Part shown: one piece after another, positions 17,420 through 27,894 of the stretch
Numbering within the stretch: the stretch's first letter is position 1
How the letters are laid out: each line of letters opens with the position of its first letter
Position numbers and translations under genes: made by a program
Notes under the pieces: generated by a model
What the model saw: the letters and a program-made list of their open reading frames with translations, nothing else
What the model was told of the DNA's origin: nothing
Databases searched by the model: none
Origin: Promethearchaeia archaeon
GTDB taxonomy: Archaea; Asgardarchaeota; Lokiarchaeia; Sigyniarchaeales; SOKP01
Direction: 5' to 3'
NCBI GenBank assembly: GCA_046483985.1
Contig: JAWOCD010000100.1
Coordinates: forward strand, 1 to 45,359
DNA length: 45,359 bases

Positions 17420-18391
17420 TTAAATTCTTTTTTGCATTGGCCAGAAAAATTCACAAATATGGGCATCACGGGACTTTAAATAGAAATAAATGGTGTCACC
17501 CACAACCCACATAATTTTTGCCTCTTCAAATCCTTGCCGTTTTAAATCCCAAAGACACCACTCCAATAAGACACTCCCAAGTCCCTTTCCTCGTGCGTTT
17601 TTTGCAACTCCAGCAGGACCAAAACTCTTAGGGAAATGAATGGAATGGGAAGCCCACCCTATTATTTCTCTCCGTTCATTTTTCGCTACAAAAGTGGTGA
17701 TGGGGTCATTTCGAAAACTTAACCGTATTTCTTGGGGCCAAAAACTGAGCTGATAACGTTTCGGCATAAACTTGATGGGAGCGACTTTATCCTCCTCTTC
17801 TTTTGTGGCTCGAGCGATTTGAAATTCATTAATCTTGGAAGCAGGTTTTTCCTCACTAATAGGACTTAAATCCACACATAGATTGACCCGTTCTCCCTTT
17901 TTTTTAAACCCGTGCTTTTTCAAAAAGAAGAATGCTTCCGTATGACGCGGGTCGAGTCCAGGATGCCAATAATCAGGCATAGAAGCCATAACTTCCATTT
18001 TCATCTTAAAACAATGATGTTCCGAATTTTTGATCCGTGCGGTTAATTTTTTTAAGATAAATGACCCTAAGCCCTTATATCTCCAGTCTTCAGCTATGAC
18101 GAAAAATTTTAGTACGGCAACTTTTCGAAATCGCTTTAAAACAAAGGGTTCCCGAAATACAATCAAAAAAAATCCGATTACCTTACGATCCTTATCCAAG
18201 ACGACTGTAGAAAACTCTTTTTCAAATAAATCGCTCTCTAAAGTGGCTTTTCTGAAAGTTTGCAACGATTTACTTAAAAATCGTACACTTTTCTCGCACA
18301 TTTCATATACCTTCCTGATGTTTGTGTCCGTGAGTTGTTCAAACTGTAGGTTACTGAATTGGTCGTTTTTCATTCTCTGCTCCCTTACCAC
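17420..18391 (-). CDS. Tandem GNAT acetyltransferase
   Basis: Two acetyl-CoA motif A segments (WRYKGLGS; FGPAGV..ARGKGLGSVLL) and FLKKHGF. Confidence 0.88.
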   Translation of the reverse strand: MVREQRMKNDQFSNLQFEQLTDTNIRKVYEMCEKSVRFLSKSLQTFRKATLESDLFEKEFSTVVLDKDRKVIGFFLIVFREPFVLKRFRKVAVLKFFVIAEDWRYKGLGSFILKKLTARIKNSEHHCFKMKMEVMASMPDYWHPGLDPRHTEAFFFLKKHGFKKKGERVNLCVDLSPISEEKPASKINEFQIARATKEEEDKVAPIKFMPKRYQLSFWPQEIRLSFRNDPITTFVAKNERREIIGWASHSIHFPKSFGPAGVAKNARGKGLGSVLLEWCLWDLKRQGFEEAKIMWVVGDTIYFYLKSRDAHICEFFWPMQKRI

Positions 18392-18620
18392 TCTTTTTTA
18401 GTTTTCTTTTGTTGAAATTTCTACTATTGGGACTTATGGAGTATTGAAAAATCTTTTCTGACTATTTTCTAAAATTAATCAGACTTAATAAACCATATAT
18501 TTTCAGAATTCTGAATAATTTTACCCTATAGTCCTCTTCTAGAGACGATCCAAATATATACTCTTACTAATTAAAAGATTTTTTATAATCCAATAACAAA
18601 ATAAGAAGAATAAATGAAAA

Positions 18621-19253
18621 TTATTGACCAGCTAATTTTTTAATATGTTTTACGCCTTCTACTGCATCCTTAGCAAAATCATCTGCCCCTAACTTTTCAG
18701 CTAATTCTCTGTTTAACGGGGCTCCTCCGACGATAATCTTTACTTGATCCCGTAGTCCTGCCTCTTTTAAGGCATTATGGACTTTTTCGATCTGTTCGAC
18801 CGTCATCGTCAGAAGCGAACTGAGTGCAACGATGCTGGCTTCCGTTTCTCTCACTTTCTCAACGATCTCTTCCGTTGAGACATCCATCCCGAGATCGTAT
18901 ATTTCGAATCCAGAGCTTAACAACAGAGAACCTAAGATATTTTTCCCGATATCATGATTGTCTCCTTTTACGGTGCCCATGATGATCTTTGTTTTCTCTT
19001 TAGAAGAATCAGCCGCCGCAAGCTCGGGTTTTAGGACGGCAAAGGCTTCTTTCATTGTTTCCCCTGCTAAGACAAGTTCTGTAAGATAATACTCCTTTTC
19101 CTCATATCTTCTCCCTACTTCGTCCATTCCTTCTGTTAATGCATTCAAAACCTCAAACGGGTCCTTTCCCTCATCAAGAGCCTCTTTCACAGCATCCTCG
19201 ATATCGTCTACTTCTAGTTCAATAACGAGCTCGGTTAGTTTTTCAAAATCCAT
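18621..19253 (-). CDS. Methyltransferase corrinoid (B12-binding) protein, MtbC/MttC-like
   Basis: Cap domain (GMDEVGRRYE..YLTELVLAG), DNHDIGKN (DxHxxG), LSSLLT, IIVGGAP. Confidence 0.93.
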   Translation of the reverse strand: MDFEKLTELVIELEVDDIEDAVKEALDEGKDPFEVLNALTEGMDEVGRRYEEKEYYLTELVLAGETMKEAFAVLKPELAAADSSKEKTKIIMGTVKGDNHDIGKNILGSLLLSSGFEIYDLGMDVSTEEIVEKVRETEASIVALSSLLTMTVEQIEKVHNALKEAGLRDQVKIIVGGAPLNRELAEKLGADDFAKDAVEGVKHIKKLAGQ

Positions 19254-19450
19254 TTTTTATTGATACCTCTACCAAATTTTCTTAATAATAATATCTAAAG
19301 TTGTTATTAATATTTAATAATTATATTTTAACATTTTTAATTCTCTATTATAGGAGGATTATCCTACATTTTAAATCTATCCCTCTTTCTTTTTTAGGTA
19401 TTTCTGAAGATACAATCATTTAAATATGATTATATAATATTAATTAACAA

Positions 19451-19602
19451 GAGTGAATTCTAAGTATACATTAGAAAAGAATCTCCAAATTATTAAAATA
19501 TCCCAAATTACTTAATTTCCTAATTATACTTCACCTTTTATTCTTATAGGTCGCACATCTCGTGCGAACAAACCTCTGGACGATTCTTTTCTGAATTCGC
19601 TC
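19451..19602 (+). ncRNA. Candidate structured non-coding RNA of unknown family
   Basis: Long-range 5'/3' pairing of 25 bp and an internal hairpin TCGCAC-ATCTC-GTGCGA. A TATA-like TTATATAA lies upstream and a pyrimidine tract downstream. Confidence 0.5.
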
Positions 19603-19831
19603 CCTTTCTTTTTCTTCTCCTATTTCTTTTTCAATCCATAACAAATTTACTTGAAAGGATTTGAAATCTAGAATCTATAAGTTAGAAATAATTGGTGATT
19701 CATTAAATGAATTAATGAAAAAGTCAACGAATATTACGAAAGATTTTAGAACTTTAACAAAAAATAAAAATACTCATAAGATGTTTTGAATAGTGATAGT
19801 CGAATTTTGAATTAAAAATGATAGGAGAAAA

Positions 19832-20566
19832 ATGAAAAATAATTTAGAAGAAGATGAAGATTTAGCCGATTTAAATGTACTGTTACGGGAGGATGTCCTT
19901 GTTCTTGGGGATCATCTTATTAAAGATTATGAAATCGGCGATTATGTCGTTCGTGCAGTTGATGATGTTTCCTTTGAAATTGAAGAAGGAGAATTTATTG
20001 GAATCATCGGTCCGTCTGGTGCTGGTAAAACCACGTTTCTCAATCTCATCGGTGGGTTGGATTTTCCAACAAAAGGGAAATTATATCTTTTTGGAGTCAA
20101 AATCACGGATATGGATGCAGAGTCCTTGGCAACATGGAGAGCCATTCATTCGGGATTTGTGTTCCAGAATTATAATCTTATATCCACCCTAACAGCGGTG
20201 GAAAATATCATATTTCCCATGAAAATTATCGGAGAGTCGCTTGATAAATCTAGAGAAAGAGCAGTGACACTCTTGGAGAAAATGAACCTCACAGAACGGT
20301 ATGAACATCTTCCCTTTCAACTATCCGCGGGTGAACAGCAACGCGTGGCAATTGCCCGCGCATTAGCAAATGATCCCCCTCTTCTCATCGCAGACGAACC
20401 TACGGCAAATCTGGACAAAGAAACCAGCAACTTTATCGAAACCATATTCAAGGATTTAAAAAAGCATAAAAAAACAATCGTGGTTGCCACACATGACGAA
20501 TACTTGATCGAATTGGCGGACAGAATATTTACTTTTGAAGATGGGAAAATAATAGATATTAACTAA
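19832..20566 (+). CDS. ABC ATP-binding protein, LolD/MacB-SalX type
   Basis: GPSGAGKTT, FVFQNYNL, LSAGEQQRVAIARAL, ADEPTANLD, ATHD. Confidence 0.93.
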   Translation: MKNNLEEDEDLADLNVLLREDVLVLGDHLIKDYEIGDYVVRAVDDVSFEIEEGEFIGIIGPSGAGKTTFLNLIGGLDFPTKGKLYLFGVKITDMDAESLATWRAIHSGFVFQNYNLISTLTAVENIIFPMKIIGESLDKSRERAVTLLEKMNLTERYEHLPFQLSAGEQQRVAIARALANDPPLLIADEPTANLDKETSNFIETIFKDLKKHKKTIVVATHDEYLIELADRIFTFEDGKIIDIN

Positions 20567-20582
20567 ACACACATGGGTTAAA

Positions 20583-22520
20583 ATGTCGTTAGATTTTGCA
20601 TTGAAGGATTTATTCCGAAGGAAAAAACAGATGTATCCTCTCTTATTTGCAATTATCCTAATTATAGCCCTCTCGCAATTTATTATATATTTCAGTAACT
20701 CTTTGGGCTTGAATCTTATTTTCAAGAATGGATATTTACAGCAGAGAACTTTTTCGAACAAATATTTCTTTACGGGCGCCACCAATTTAATTTACTCCCA
20801 ATATAATACTTTGATCTTGGTTATGATTTTGATTTTGGCTGTGGTAATGATCATTATCATTACAACAAAGGTAATCAGGTCAAAAAAACGGGATATTGCC
20901 GTTATGAAATCCTTGGGAACCTTGCCCGAGCGACTTTATGGGTTTTATTTATTGGAAGTCTACATTATGTTTATTATTGGCTTCGTTTTAGGCTTGATAC
21001 TGGGAATTGGGTCCTACTTAATATTTTCGGCATTGCTTTCCTCTTTTGGATACTCGTTCTCATTTCAACTGGATTTTATTTACACTCCATTGCTCTTTAT
21101 TATCTGTATTATAGGTATTTTTTTGAGTTCTGGGTATAAATTACGGAAATTAGGTACAAGCAATATTATTCAAACATTTTCAAAAGATATTCCGCACGAT
21201 TACGATGCTTCTCTCAAAAGTACAATCATTCCCCGCTGGTTAAAAAAATTGGGCTATAATATTAAAATAGCCGTGGTAAATACATCAAGAAAACGAGGAG
21301 AGTACAGAAGATATTTAGTATTATTTACACTCTTAATGATAATGGTCTTTTCATTGACCTTAGGTTCTTTTGTAATAACCAACTCTTCACAAGAATGGGT
21401 TTCGAATTCTCAAGATGAGAATATAATTGCGGTCGGGCACGAAGATGTGTTAGAAAAGTATGAAAAGATGTACGAGATGTATTCAGCCCCTTCGGTTTTT
21501 GTAAATGAAAGTGACATCGACTTCCTCAAGGAAGAATATTTATTCAATTTAAGTAAAATGGATGGAATTGAAAATTCTGAGGCGGTGTCTCAAGTTGATC
21601 CCCGCTTAATTTCCTTTTGCAAGATGAAGGAAATACAAGGCATAAATTATGTGACTAATGATACATCGGGGGGGTATGAGCTTGTTGGGGAAAATCGAAA
21701 AGGTAACTTTCCTATGATGGGAGTTATCCCAGAAAAGATTATCCAAGACTTTAGCGTTGATGGCCATTTCTTTACAGAAGAAGATGCTTTTGAGAATATG
21801 ACGATTGGGGATGGCTTGGCTTATAACTATTTTGAAAATCCCTTTAAGCAACGTCTTAGTCTTCCCAATTTAAATCTCGAATTTCATATTTCTGGAATTG
21901 TTTTTGATACTTTTTATTCCGGATATGCAGGCTATATCGATTTAGCTGAATTTCAAGAAGCGAATAACGTGGAAAGTGAACAAGGAAACATTTTTCTGAT
22001 TAAAACTTCCCAAACTCCCACGGAAGAGTTTAGAGGAATACTAACTGAATATATTGATTCCAATCTTGATGACGGGTTCACATTTTTGGAATTGGATGAA
22101 TCTTTTTCCCAAAATCAACTCTATTTATTAAATCTACTAATATATCCAATTATCTTGATTACTTTTTTAGGAGTAATTGCAGTTTTTTCCCTTTACAATT
22201 ATCAGAAAGCAAGTTTAGTGCAGAAGGTGGAGGATTTTCAGATTATGAGATCTATTGGTGCAAAAAAACGCTCCCTAAAGAGAATTTTATACCTAGAGGC
22301 AATATTTATAATTCTTCCTGCCATTTTTCTTTCTTTATCCTTTGGAATGATCTTTAATGCGCTCTTTTTAATCGAACAGCCGACTTTACCGCCTCTCTCT
22401 ATACCATTTGTGCTCGCGGGTTTGATTGGCTTGGTGTTTCTGATTATTAATTATTTAAGCCTTCATCCCTTGCTAAAAAAAATAGATGAATTTAATATCA
22501 CCGATTTTACAATGTTTTAG
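20583..22520 (+). CDS. FtsX/MacB-like ABC permease
   Basis: Two permease motifs (RDIAVMKSLG; DFQIMRSIGA), multiple TM segments and a large extracytoplasmic loop. Confidence 0.88.
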   Translation: MSLDFALKDLFRRKKQMYPLLFAIILIIALSQFIIYFSNSLGLNLIFKNGYLQQRTFSNKYFFTGATNLIYSQYNTLILVMILILAVVMIIIITTKVIRSKKRDIAVMKSLGTLPERLYGFYLLEVYIMFIIGFVLGLILGIGSYLIFSALLSSFGYSFSFQLDFIYTPLLFIICIIGIFLSSGYKLRKLGTSNIIQTFSKDIPHDYDASLKSTIIPRWLKKLGYNIKIAVVNTSRKRGEYRRYLVLFTLLMIMVFSLTLGSFVITNSSQEWVSNSQDENIIAVGHEDVLEKYEKMYEMYSAPSVFVNESDIDFLKEEYLFNLSKMDGIENSEAVSQVDPRLISFCKMKEIQGINYVTNDTSGGYELVGENRKGNFPMMGVIPEKIIQDFSVDGHFFTEEDAFENMTIGDGLAYNYFENPFKQRLSLPNLNLEFHISGIVFDTFYSGYAGYIDLAEFQEANNVESEQGNIFLIKTSQTPTEEFRGILTEYIDSNLDDGFTFLELDESFSQNQLYLLNLLIYPIILITFLGVIAVFSLYNYQKASLVQKVEDFQIMRSIGAKKRSLKRILYLEAIFIILPAIFLSLSFGMIFNALFLIEQPTLPPLSIPFVLAGLIGLVFLIINYLSLHPLLKKIDEFNITDFTMF

Positions 22521-22601
22521 GAAATATTTAAAAAATTATAAAATAAATCGTGTCAATAATATAATATATAAAGAAAAACAAGTAATTAGAGTGATTCAAA
22601 G

Positions 22602-23918
22602 ATGGCTTCTAAGCAAGAATTAAAAGCACGTATAGAAGAGTTAGAAGAAAAAGTTAATGACTATCTTGACCAGATTGATGAACGCGAAGCTACTATTATG
22701 CGGTTGGAAAAAATGCTCTCCGAGGAGGACTCCGGGGAAGAGGGAGAAAAAGATTCTAAACATGCTTACGAATTAGATGAAAAGGATAAAAAAATTAGAG
22801 AACTTAAAGATAAATTAGGTTATTTAAGAAAAGAAAAGATTACCTTACAGCAAGAACTTGAAGATAAGGAGAAAGAATCTCAGAAATCCAATAAGAAGAG
22901 CGTTGGAGATAGTTCATCCTCTTCCCTTGATGGTTTAGTCAGTGAATTACAAACTAAGATCAATAAACAACGTTTAATGATTACAAAATTAAAACAAAAA
23001 GGTGGAGAAGGCGGAGAACAGGATCTTCAAGAAGAAATAAAGGAAAAAGATGAAAAAATAAAAGAATTAGAAAGCATGGTAAAAGAATTAGAGGAAAAAG
23101 CTTCTTCATCAGAACCTGAGACATCGGAAAACTCCGTTACGGCTAAATTAACTACCGAACTTCAGAGGAAATTAAATAAGAAAAAAATGCAGATACGGAA
23201 GATGAAGGATAAGATGGACGAGCTTAAAGAGAAAATAAAGTCTGGAGTTCAAGGGGAAACCGAAGAAAAAGAAGAAACTGGTGGGCCAGATAAATCTCAA
23301 TTAAAAGAATTAAAAAAGCAATTGAAAAAGAAGAATAACAAAATAGATGACCTAAAAAACAAAATCTCTAGCTTAAAAAAGAAGAAAAAGGAAAAACCCA
23401 AAAAAGGAAAACCTAAAAAAGAAGAACCTACTGGTCCTATGGCTGCTTTAAGAGAGGAGCTACAGAATCAATTGAATAAAGCTAAAATACAAATTAAACA
23501 CTTGAAATCGGAACTGAAAAAATATAAAAAGGGAAAATCACCCAAAGAGACGGGAAAGTCTCAAGATGAGGTGGAGGAGGAATTAGAGATGCAAAAAGAA
23601 CTGGTTGTTTCATTACAGCAAGAGATGGATGAGATTAAAGAAAAATTGGAATCGAAAAATTCTGAACTTTCAAAGATTAAATCCAAGGCAACAAAAATGG
23701 AAATCAAATGTGAAGATTTAGAAAACCAAGTTCAATTAAAGGAGCAAAAAATTCAAGAGCTTGAAAATCAAATTAATACCCTCAAACAACAAAAAGCTGA
23801 AGCATCAGCTCAACCACCCCCTGAAACAAGCTTGAGATTAAAAGAGTTGAAAGGAATGGTAGATGAATTAGAAAAACAGAATATCCAACAAAGACTTGAA
23901 ATCTCCCAATTGCGTTAA
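22602..23918 (+). CDS. Long coiled-coil protein with internal repeats
   Basis: K/E/L/Q-rich heptads broken by S/G/P linkers, with three copies of LxxELQxxxNKxxxxIxxLK. Confidence 0.8.
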   Translation: MASKQELKARIEELEEKVNDYLDQIDEREATIMRLEKMLSEEDSGEEGEKDSKHAYELDEKDKKIRELKDKLGYLRKEKITLQQELEDKEKESQKSNKKSVGDSSSSSLDGLVSELQTKINKQRLMITKLKQKGGEGGEQDLQEEIKEKDEKIKELESMVKELEEKASSSEPETSENSVTAKLTTELQRKLNKKKMQIRKMKDKMDELKEKIKSGVQGETEEKEETGGPDKSQLKELKKQLKKKNNKIDDLKNKISSLKKKKKEKPKKGKPKKEEPTGPMAALREELQNQLNKAKIQIKHLKSELKKYKKGKSPKETGKSQDEVEEELEMQKELVVSLQQEMDEIKEKLESKNSELSKIKSKATKMEIKCEDLENQVQLKEQKIQELENQINTLKQQKAEASAQPPPETSLRLKELKGMVDELEKQNIQQRLEISQLR

Positions 23919-23951
23919 TTTTTTTTTAAATTAAAACCTACTTCATACATA

Positions 23952-24932
23952 ATGGAAATCATTATTTTAGGTTCTTCGGGGGCTATTCCCGTCAAAAATC
24001 GTAATCTATCTTCTTTTCTGATTAAATATCGTTCCAACCGTTTATTATTCGATTGTGGAGAGGATATCCAACGTCAATTTATAAAAGCGGGAATAAAATT
24101 TAATAAGCCTTTAGAGATATTTATCTCTCATTTTCATGGAGATCATATAATTGGACTCCCTGGCTTATTATTCCGATTTGCGCTCATAGCTCGAACTGCT
24201 CCAATAAGAATCTTTGGTCGCCGGAATCTATTTTCGTATTTAGTATGTCATAAGAAAATTCTGGGATTAAGAGCCCCATATCCGCTTAAGGTGGTGGAAA
24301 TAGATCCGGAAAATGACCAATTAATTATTTTTGAAGGGCTCGAAACCGAAGAGCCTAAGGAGATTAGATCCATTCAAGATAATATCATTTTAGACAAAAA
24401 ACGATACGTTGTGAAGTATGCTCTTATGAATCATTCCGTTCCCACCTTTGGATTTTCTTTTATAGAGCAGTCACGCTATGGAAAATTTTATCCCGAAAAA
24501 GCGAGGGAATTGGGTATTCCAGAAGGCCCGCTTTGGGGTATTATGCAAGAGGGAAAACCAATAACATTTAAAGGAAAAGAGATTGATCCCGAAGAGGAGG
24601 GAATCGTAGGTCCCAAACGGCCTGGACGAAAAATCACATATTCAGCCGATACCGCCCCATGTCAACCATTGATAGATCTGGGGAAGGATTCTGATTTACT
24701 TGTTCATGAGGCAACCTATGGAAAGGAACATGCCGAAGTGGCCCATGAAAAACTCCATTCTACTTCGAGTGATGCGGCACGCGATGCAAAAAAGATGAAT
24801 GCAAAAAAATTACTTCTTACCCACATATCATCCCGTTATCAAAAAAACGCGGACCATCTATTACAAGAGGCAAGAGAAATATTTTCAAGTACTTATCTTG
24901 CGAAAGACCTGATGAAAATTAAAATCAAATAA
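23952..24932 (+). CDS. rnz: Ribonuclease Z
   Basis: LFDCGE, SHFHGDH (HxHxDH), flexible arm LGIPEGPLWG, YSADT, HEATY, LTHISSRY. Confidence 0.95.
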   Translation: MEIIILGSSGAIPVKNRNLSSFLIKYRSNRLLFDCGEDIQRQFIKAGIKFNKPLEIFISHFHGDHIIGLPGLLFRFALIARTAPIRIFGRRNLFSYLVCHKKILGLRAPYPLKVVEIDPENDQLIIFEGLETEEPKEIRSIQDNIILDKKRYVVKYALMNHSVPTFGFSFIEQSRYGKFYPEKARELGIPEGPLWGIMQEGKPITFKGKEIDPEEEGIVGPKRPGRKITYSADTAPCQPLIDLGKDSDLLVHEATYGKEHAEVAHEKLHSTSSDAARDAKKMNAKKLLLTHISSRYQKNADHLLQEAREIFSSTYLAKDLMKIKIK

Positions 24933-24937
24933 GAATT

Positions 24938-26203
24938 CTATTCCGAGTTTTTTTCCTCTTCGGAAAAGTATTCAGAATCTAAATTAGGATATAACTTATT
25001 TTTTCTGCCGTCTTTCCGTTTGACTACTAATCCAAGCTCAATTAATTTGTCAATATGGTATTGTATCGTCTTTCTATTTCTTTCAAGCTTTTTGGTAATT
25101 TTTTTATTCCAAATTCCTGGCCTATTTTCGATATTTTTAAGAACTTTAAGCGTTAGATCACTTTTTTCTAAAATCAAATCAATATTTGATAATGGATTTT
25201 CGCGATAATAGGGAAAGTACACAACGTAATTACCAACTGCCTTTTTCCCAATTACCTCGTAATTTTCTAAAATTTCTAAATGCCACACTAAATTTCCGGG
25301 TGCCAACCCTGTTTCTCTTAACAGTTCATTATAATGTATTCCGGGTTTTTTCAATATTAAATCGATTATCTTGCTCCGATTTTTATTCTTTAGCACTTCT
25401 TCAAGAGAAAGTTGGTGTTTTCCCTTCTCTGGAGATGTTAACTTTTTCTTTAATTGTTTTATATAATCACTTTTCGAAAGAACAAGTCCTCCTAAAGATA
25501 AAAATGCTAAACCCATAATTATAGAGAAAATTATTAAAATCCAACTACCTCTTGCATCATCCTCTTTTTTAATTGTCTCTACAACGGTTACATAATAATT
25601 TTTCTTACTTTCAAAATCTGATATTTGTCCTTCTAAATAAGAAGTATCTTCCTCTTCCGAAGTTACTTTTTTAGTTGAGAGAAATTCCCATGAGTCTTTT
25701 TCCTCATTAAACATTACTAATGAATAATTGGAATCCTTTTTTAAATCATATTCCTCTTCTAGTAAATATCGAATCGAAAAGTAATCAAGGGATGAGTTTG
25801 CGTTAAATTGACTTAGAAAATTGTAACGGTAAACATTAATATAATCCTTATTACTGCTCTCATTAGGTATTTCGGGTAAGGAAAAATCTTCAAGTTCAGT
25901 TTTTGAACTGATATTAATTTGAAAACGTTCGCTATTATTGATATTTAAAGAGATTTCTCTATTGTAAATTTGCTCTTGGAAACTTACCGATAAGTTTGCT
26001 GAGATATTTGTCTTAATTTTAAATCTGATATTATTTGGGAACTCATATTGCAATCTTTGCATTGTTTCATTTGGAGGGATGGTAATATTATGATTAAAAT
26101 CATCGATTTCCGTCCCTTGACTATTGAGTGGTGCAGCAGTATTCAGAACGAACAAATTAAAGAACAGTAGTAATAATACACAATTTGTTTTATTCAAGAC
26201 CAA
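24938..26203 (-). CDS. Membrane-anchored transcriptional regulator (signal peptide, extracellular domain, TM helix, double winged-HTH)
   Basis: Hydrophobic N-terminus, TM WILIIFSIIMGLAFLSLGGLVL, NRSKIIDLILKKPGIHYNELLRETGL..LVWHLEIL, and a second HTH TIQYHIDKLIELGLV. Confidence 0.85.
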   Translation of the reverse strand: MVLNKTNCVLLLLFFNLFVLNTAAPLNSQGTEIDDFNHNITIPPNETMQRLQYEFPNNIRFKIKTNISANLSVSFQEQIYNREISLNINNSERFQINISSKTELEDFSLPEIPNESSNKDYINVYRYNFLSQFNANSSLDYFSIRYLLEEEYDLKKDSNYSLVMFNEEKDSWEFLSTKKVTSEEEDTSYLEGQISDFESKKNYYVTVVETIKKEDDARGSWILIIFSIIMGLAFLSLGGLVLSKSDYIKQLKKKLTSPEKGKHQLSLEEVLKNKNRSKIIDLILKKPGIHYNELLRETGLAPGNLVWHLEILENYEVIGKKAVGNYVVYFPYYRENPLSNIDLILEKSDLTLKVLKNIENRPGIWNKKITKKLERNRKTIQYHIDKLIELGLVVKRKDGRKNKLYPNLDSEYFSEEEKNSE

Positions 26204-26270
26204 TTTCTCAACTCGGTTTTTGTATAAATTAAAAAAAAAGAATTAATTCTTTTTAGGTTGTTGTATTGTA

Positions 26271-26819
26271 TTAGGCAGGAACTTCAAATGTTGTATTTAC
26301 GGGATTTAATGTTTTGTCTAAGACGGGCTCATCAAAAGTAGGGGGGGTAACCTTTATTTTAATGGTAATGATTAACTCAAAAGTGCCTGTTTCTTCATTT
26401 AATTCATTAGGGCCCAACGTTGTTTTTATTTCCTTTTGTCCAGTCCCTTCTAATTCACGGGGTTCAATGCTGAATGTACGATTTTTCCCGCTAGGGGTAA
26501 TTAATTCAAGTGAAATCTCAATTTCAGCAACAGCTTGTCCCGAAGATTCTTTATCCTCTGCGTTGACGTCATTACCATTTGCTATGAATTGCTCATAAAG
26601 ATTTAAGTCTCTTTCTTTTGCCGAGGTTTCCAAATCCTCTACATTATATTCAACATCAGACGCTTGAGTCGTAATAGAAGATGAAGTAGGCTCGGTAGAA
26701 GTCAAGGAAAAACTGATGTTTACGTCTGCCCCAGAAGCCATAATGAAAAGAGGGATTATTCCTGCAACTAAAAGAGTTCCTACAACAAACAAACCGACGA
26801 TTTTTTTTTTAGATGTCAT
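26271..26819 (-). CDS. Secreted/membrane-anchored hypothetical protein
   Basis: MTSKKK plus a hydrophobic signal anchor, then a Thr/Ser/Glu-rich beta-type body. Confidence 0.8.
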   Translation of the reverse strand: MTSKKKIVGLFVVGTLLVAGIIPLFIMASGADVNISFSLTSTEPTSSSITTQASDVEYNVEDLETSAKERDLNLYEQFIANGNDVNAEDKESSGQAVAEIEISLELITPSGKNRTFSIEPRELEGTGQKEIKTTLGPNELNEETGTFELIITIKIKVTPPTFDEPVLDKTLNPVNTTFEVPA

Positions 26820-27099
26820 GTTGTTTAACTCCTTTTTTTATTAAACTAATAAATTAAAGTAAATTTATTATTTAAAGCGTTGAGGTATAATTTTTTCCCT
26901 ATTCTTGAACAAAAACTTTTCCAAAAATTTGTAAAAGAAAAAACCTTTTGTTATTTCTAAAAATTTGGATATAAATTTTACATATTTCACATTATATTTT
27001 TGCTGCACCTTCACATTGGATTATAAGATCAAAAGAACGTAGATGACTATATCAAAAATTAAGATAAGGAGAAAGAGACAACCTTCATATATTCTTTGA

Positions 27100-27792
27100 A
27101 GTTCAAACTTAAGCAGAAAATTTTCCTTGCGTTTTTATTCATGTATATTCTCTATCAATCTATGCTATGATCCAATTGATGCAAGCACATGTGTTCTATC
27201 ATGCAATTTTCGTGTTAGATATGGGAGAAGATATCGTTACTTTTATGTTTCTAATTTTCTTCATAGGAGGATTGATTTTGGTCCCTGCATGGCTCAAATA
27301 TACCACAAAAAAAAAAACGGGTGATAATCGGAAAAGCTGGATTATCGTGGCATGTTTGATGGCGATGTTTTCTGCAGTATCAACATTTATGTTTACATTG
27401 CTGGGGTGATGGTCATTCTATTTTTGTATGGTTTGCGATTTGGAGGTTCTGGATGCTCATAACACCAATTTACAGCGATGTAATTGATGAATCCGTTGTT
27501 CTGTGGGAAAAACGAAAGGAGGCAACATACGGAGGTCTTCGGCAGTTTTTTATCAATTTAGCCCGAGTCATTCAAGTCATGACCCTTCCTTGCTATAGTT
27601 GATGAATTGATGGGCTTTGTGGAAGGGGCAGAAGATCAAGGTCCTTTAGCGATTTAAGGGATTAAGATCCATTTTGGTCTTCTACCGGCAATTTATCTTG
27701 CCATTGGAATCTTTATCTTTTGGAGACTCTACGATATTACCCCAGAGAAAATAAAACTACATAAGAAAAAATTAGCGGAATTATGATTATAA
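27100..27792 (+). pseudogene. Degraded MFS/GPH (MelB-like) sugar transporter, C-terminal half
   Basis: Fragments across frames: FFIGGLILVPAW, TPIYSDVIDESVV..RKEATYGG, GIKIHFGLLPAI..YDITPEK. In-frame stops (e.g. TAA 27655-27657) and frameshifts are present. Boundaries are approximate. Confidence 0.8.
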
Positions 27793-27894
27793 TTCCAAAA
27801 ACTTTTTTACTTTCTATTTTCACTTTTTACTCAATGATAAATAAATGGATAATTAAAAATAGAATTTGAACAAATTATCAATTTTTCAAATAGA

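Noticed and set aside
2369-24932. alaS, trmO-like, dtdA and rnz as a tRNA quality-control cluster
   Set aside because: The genes are separated by unrelated operons and lie on different strands; the co-location is probably coincidental.
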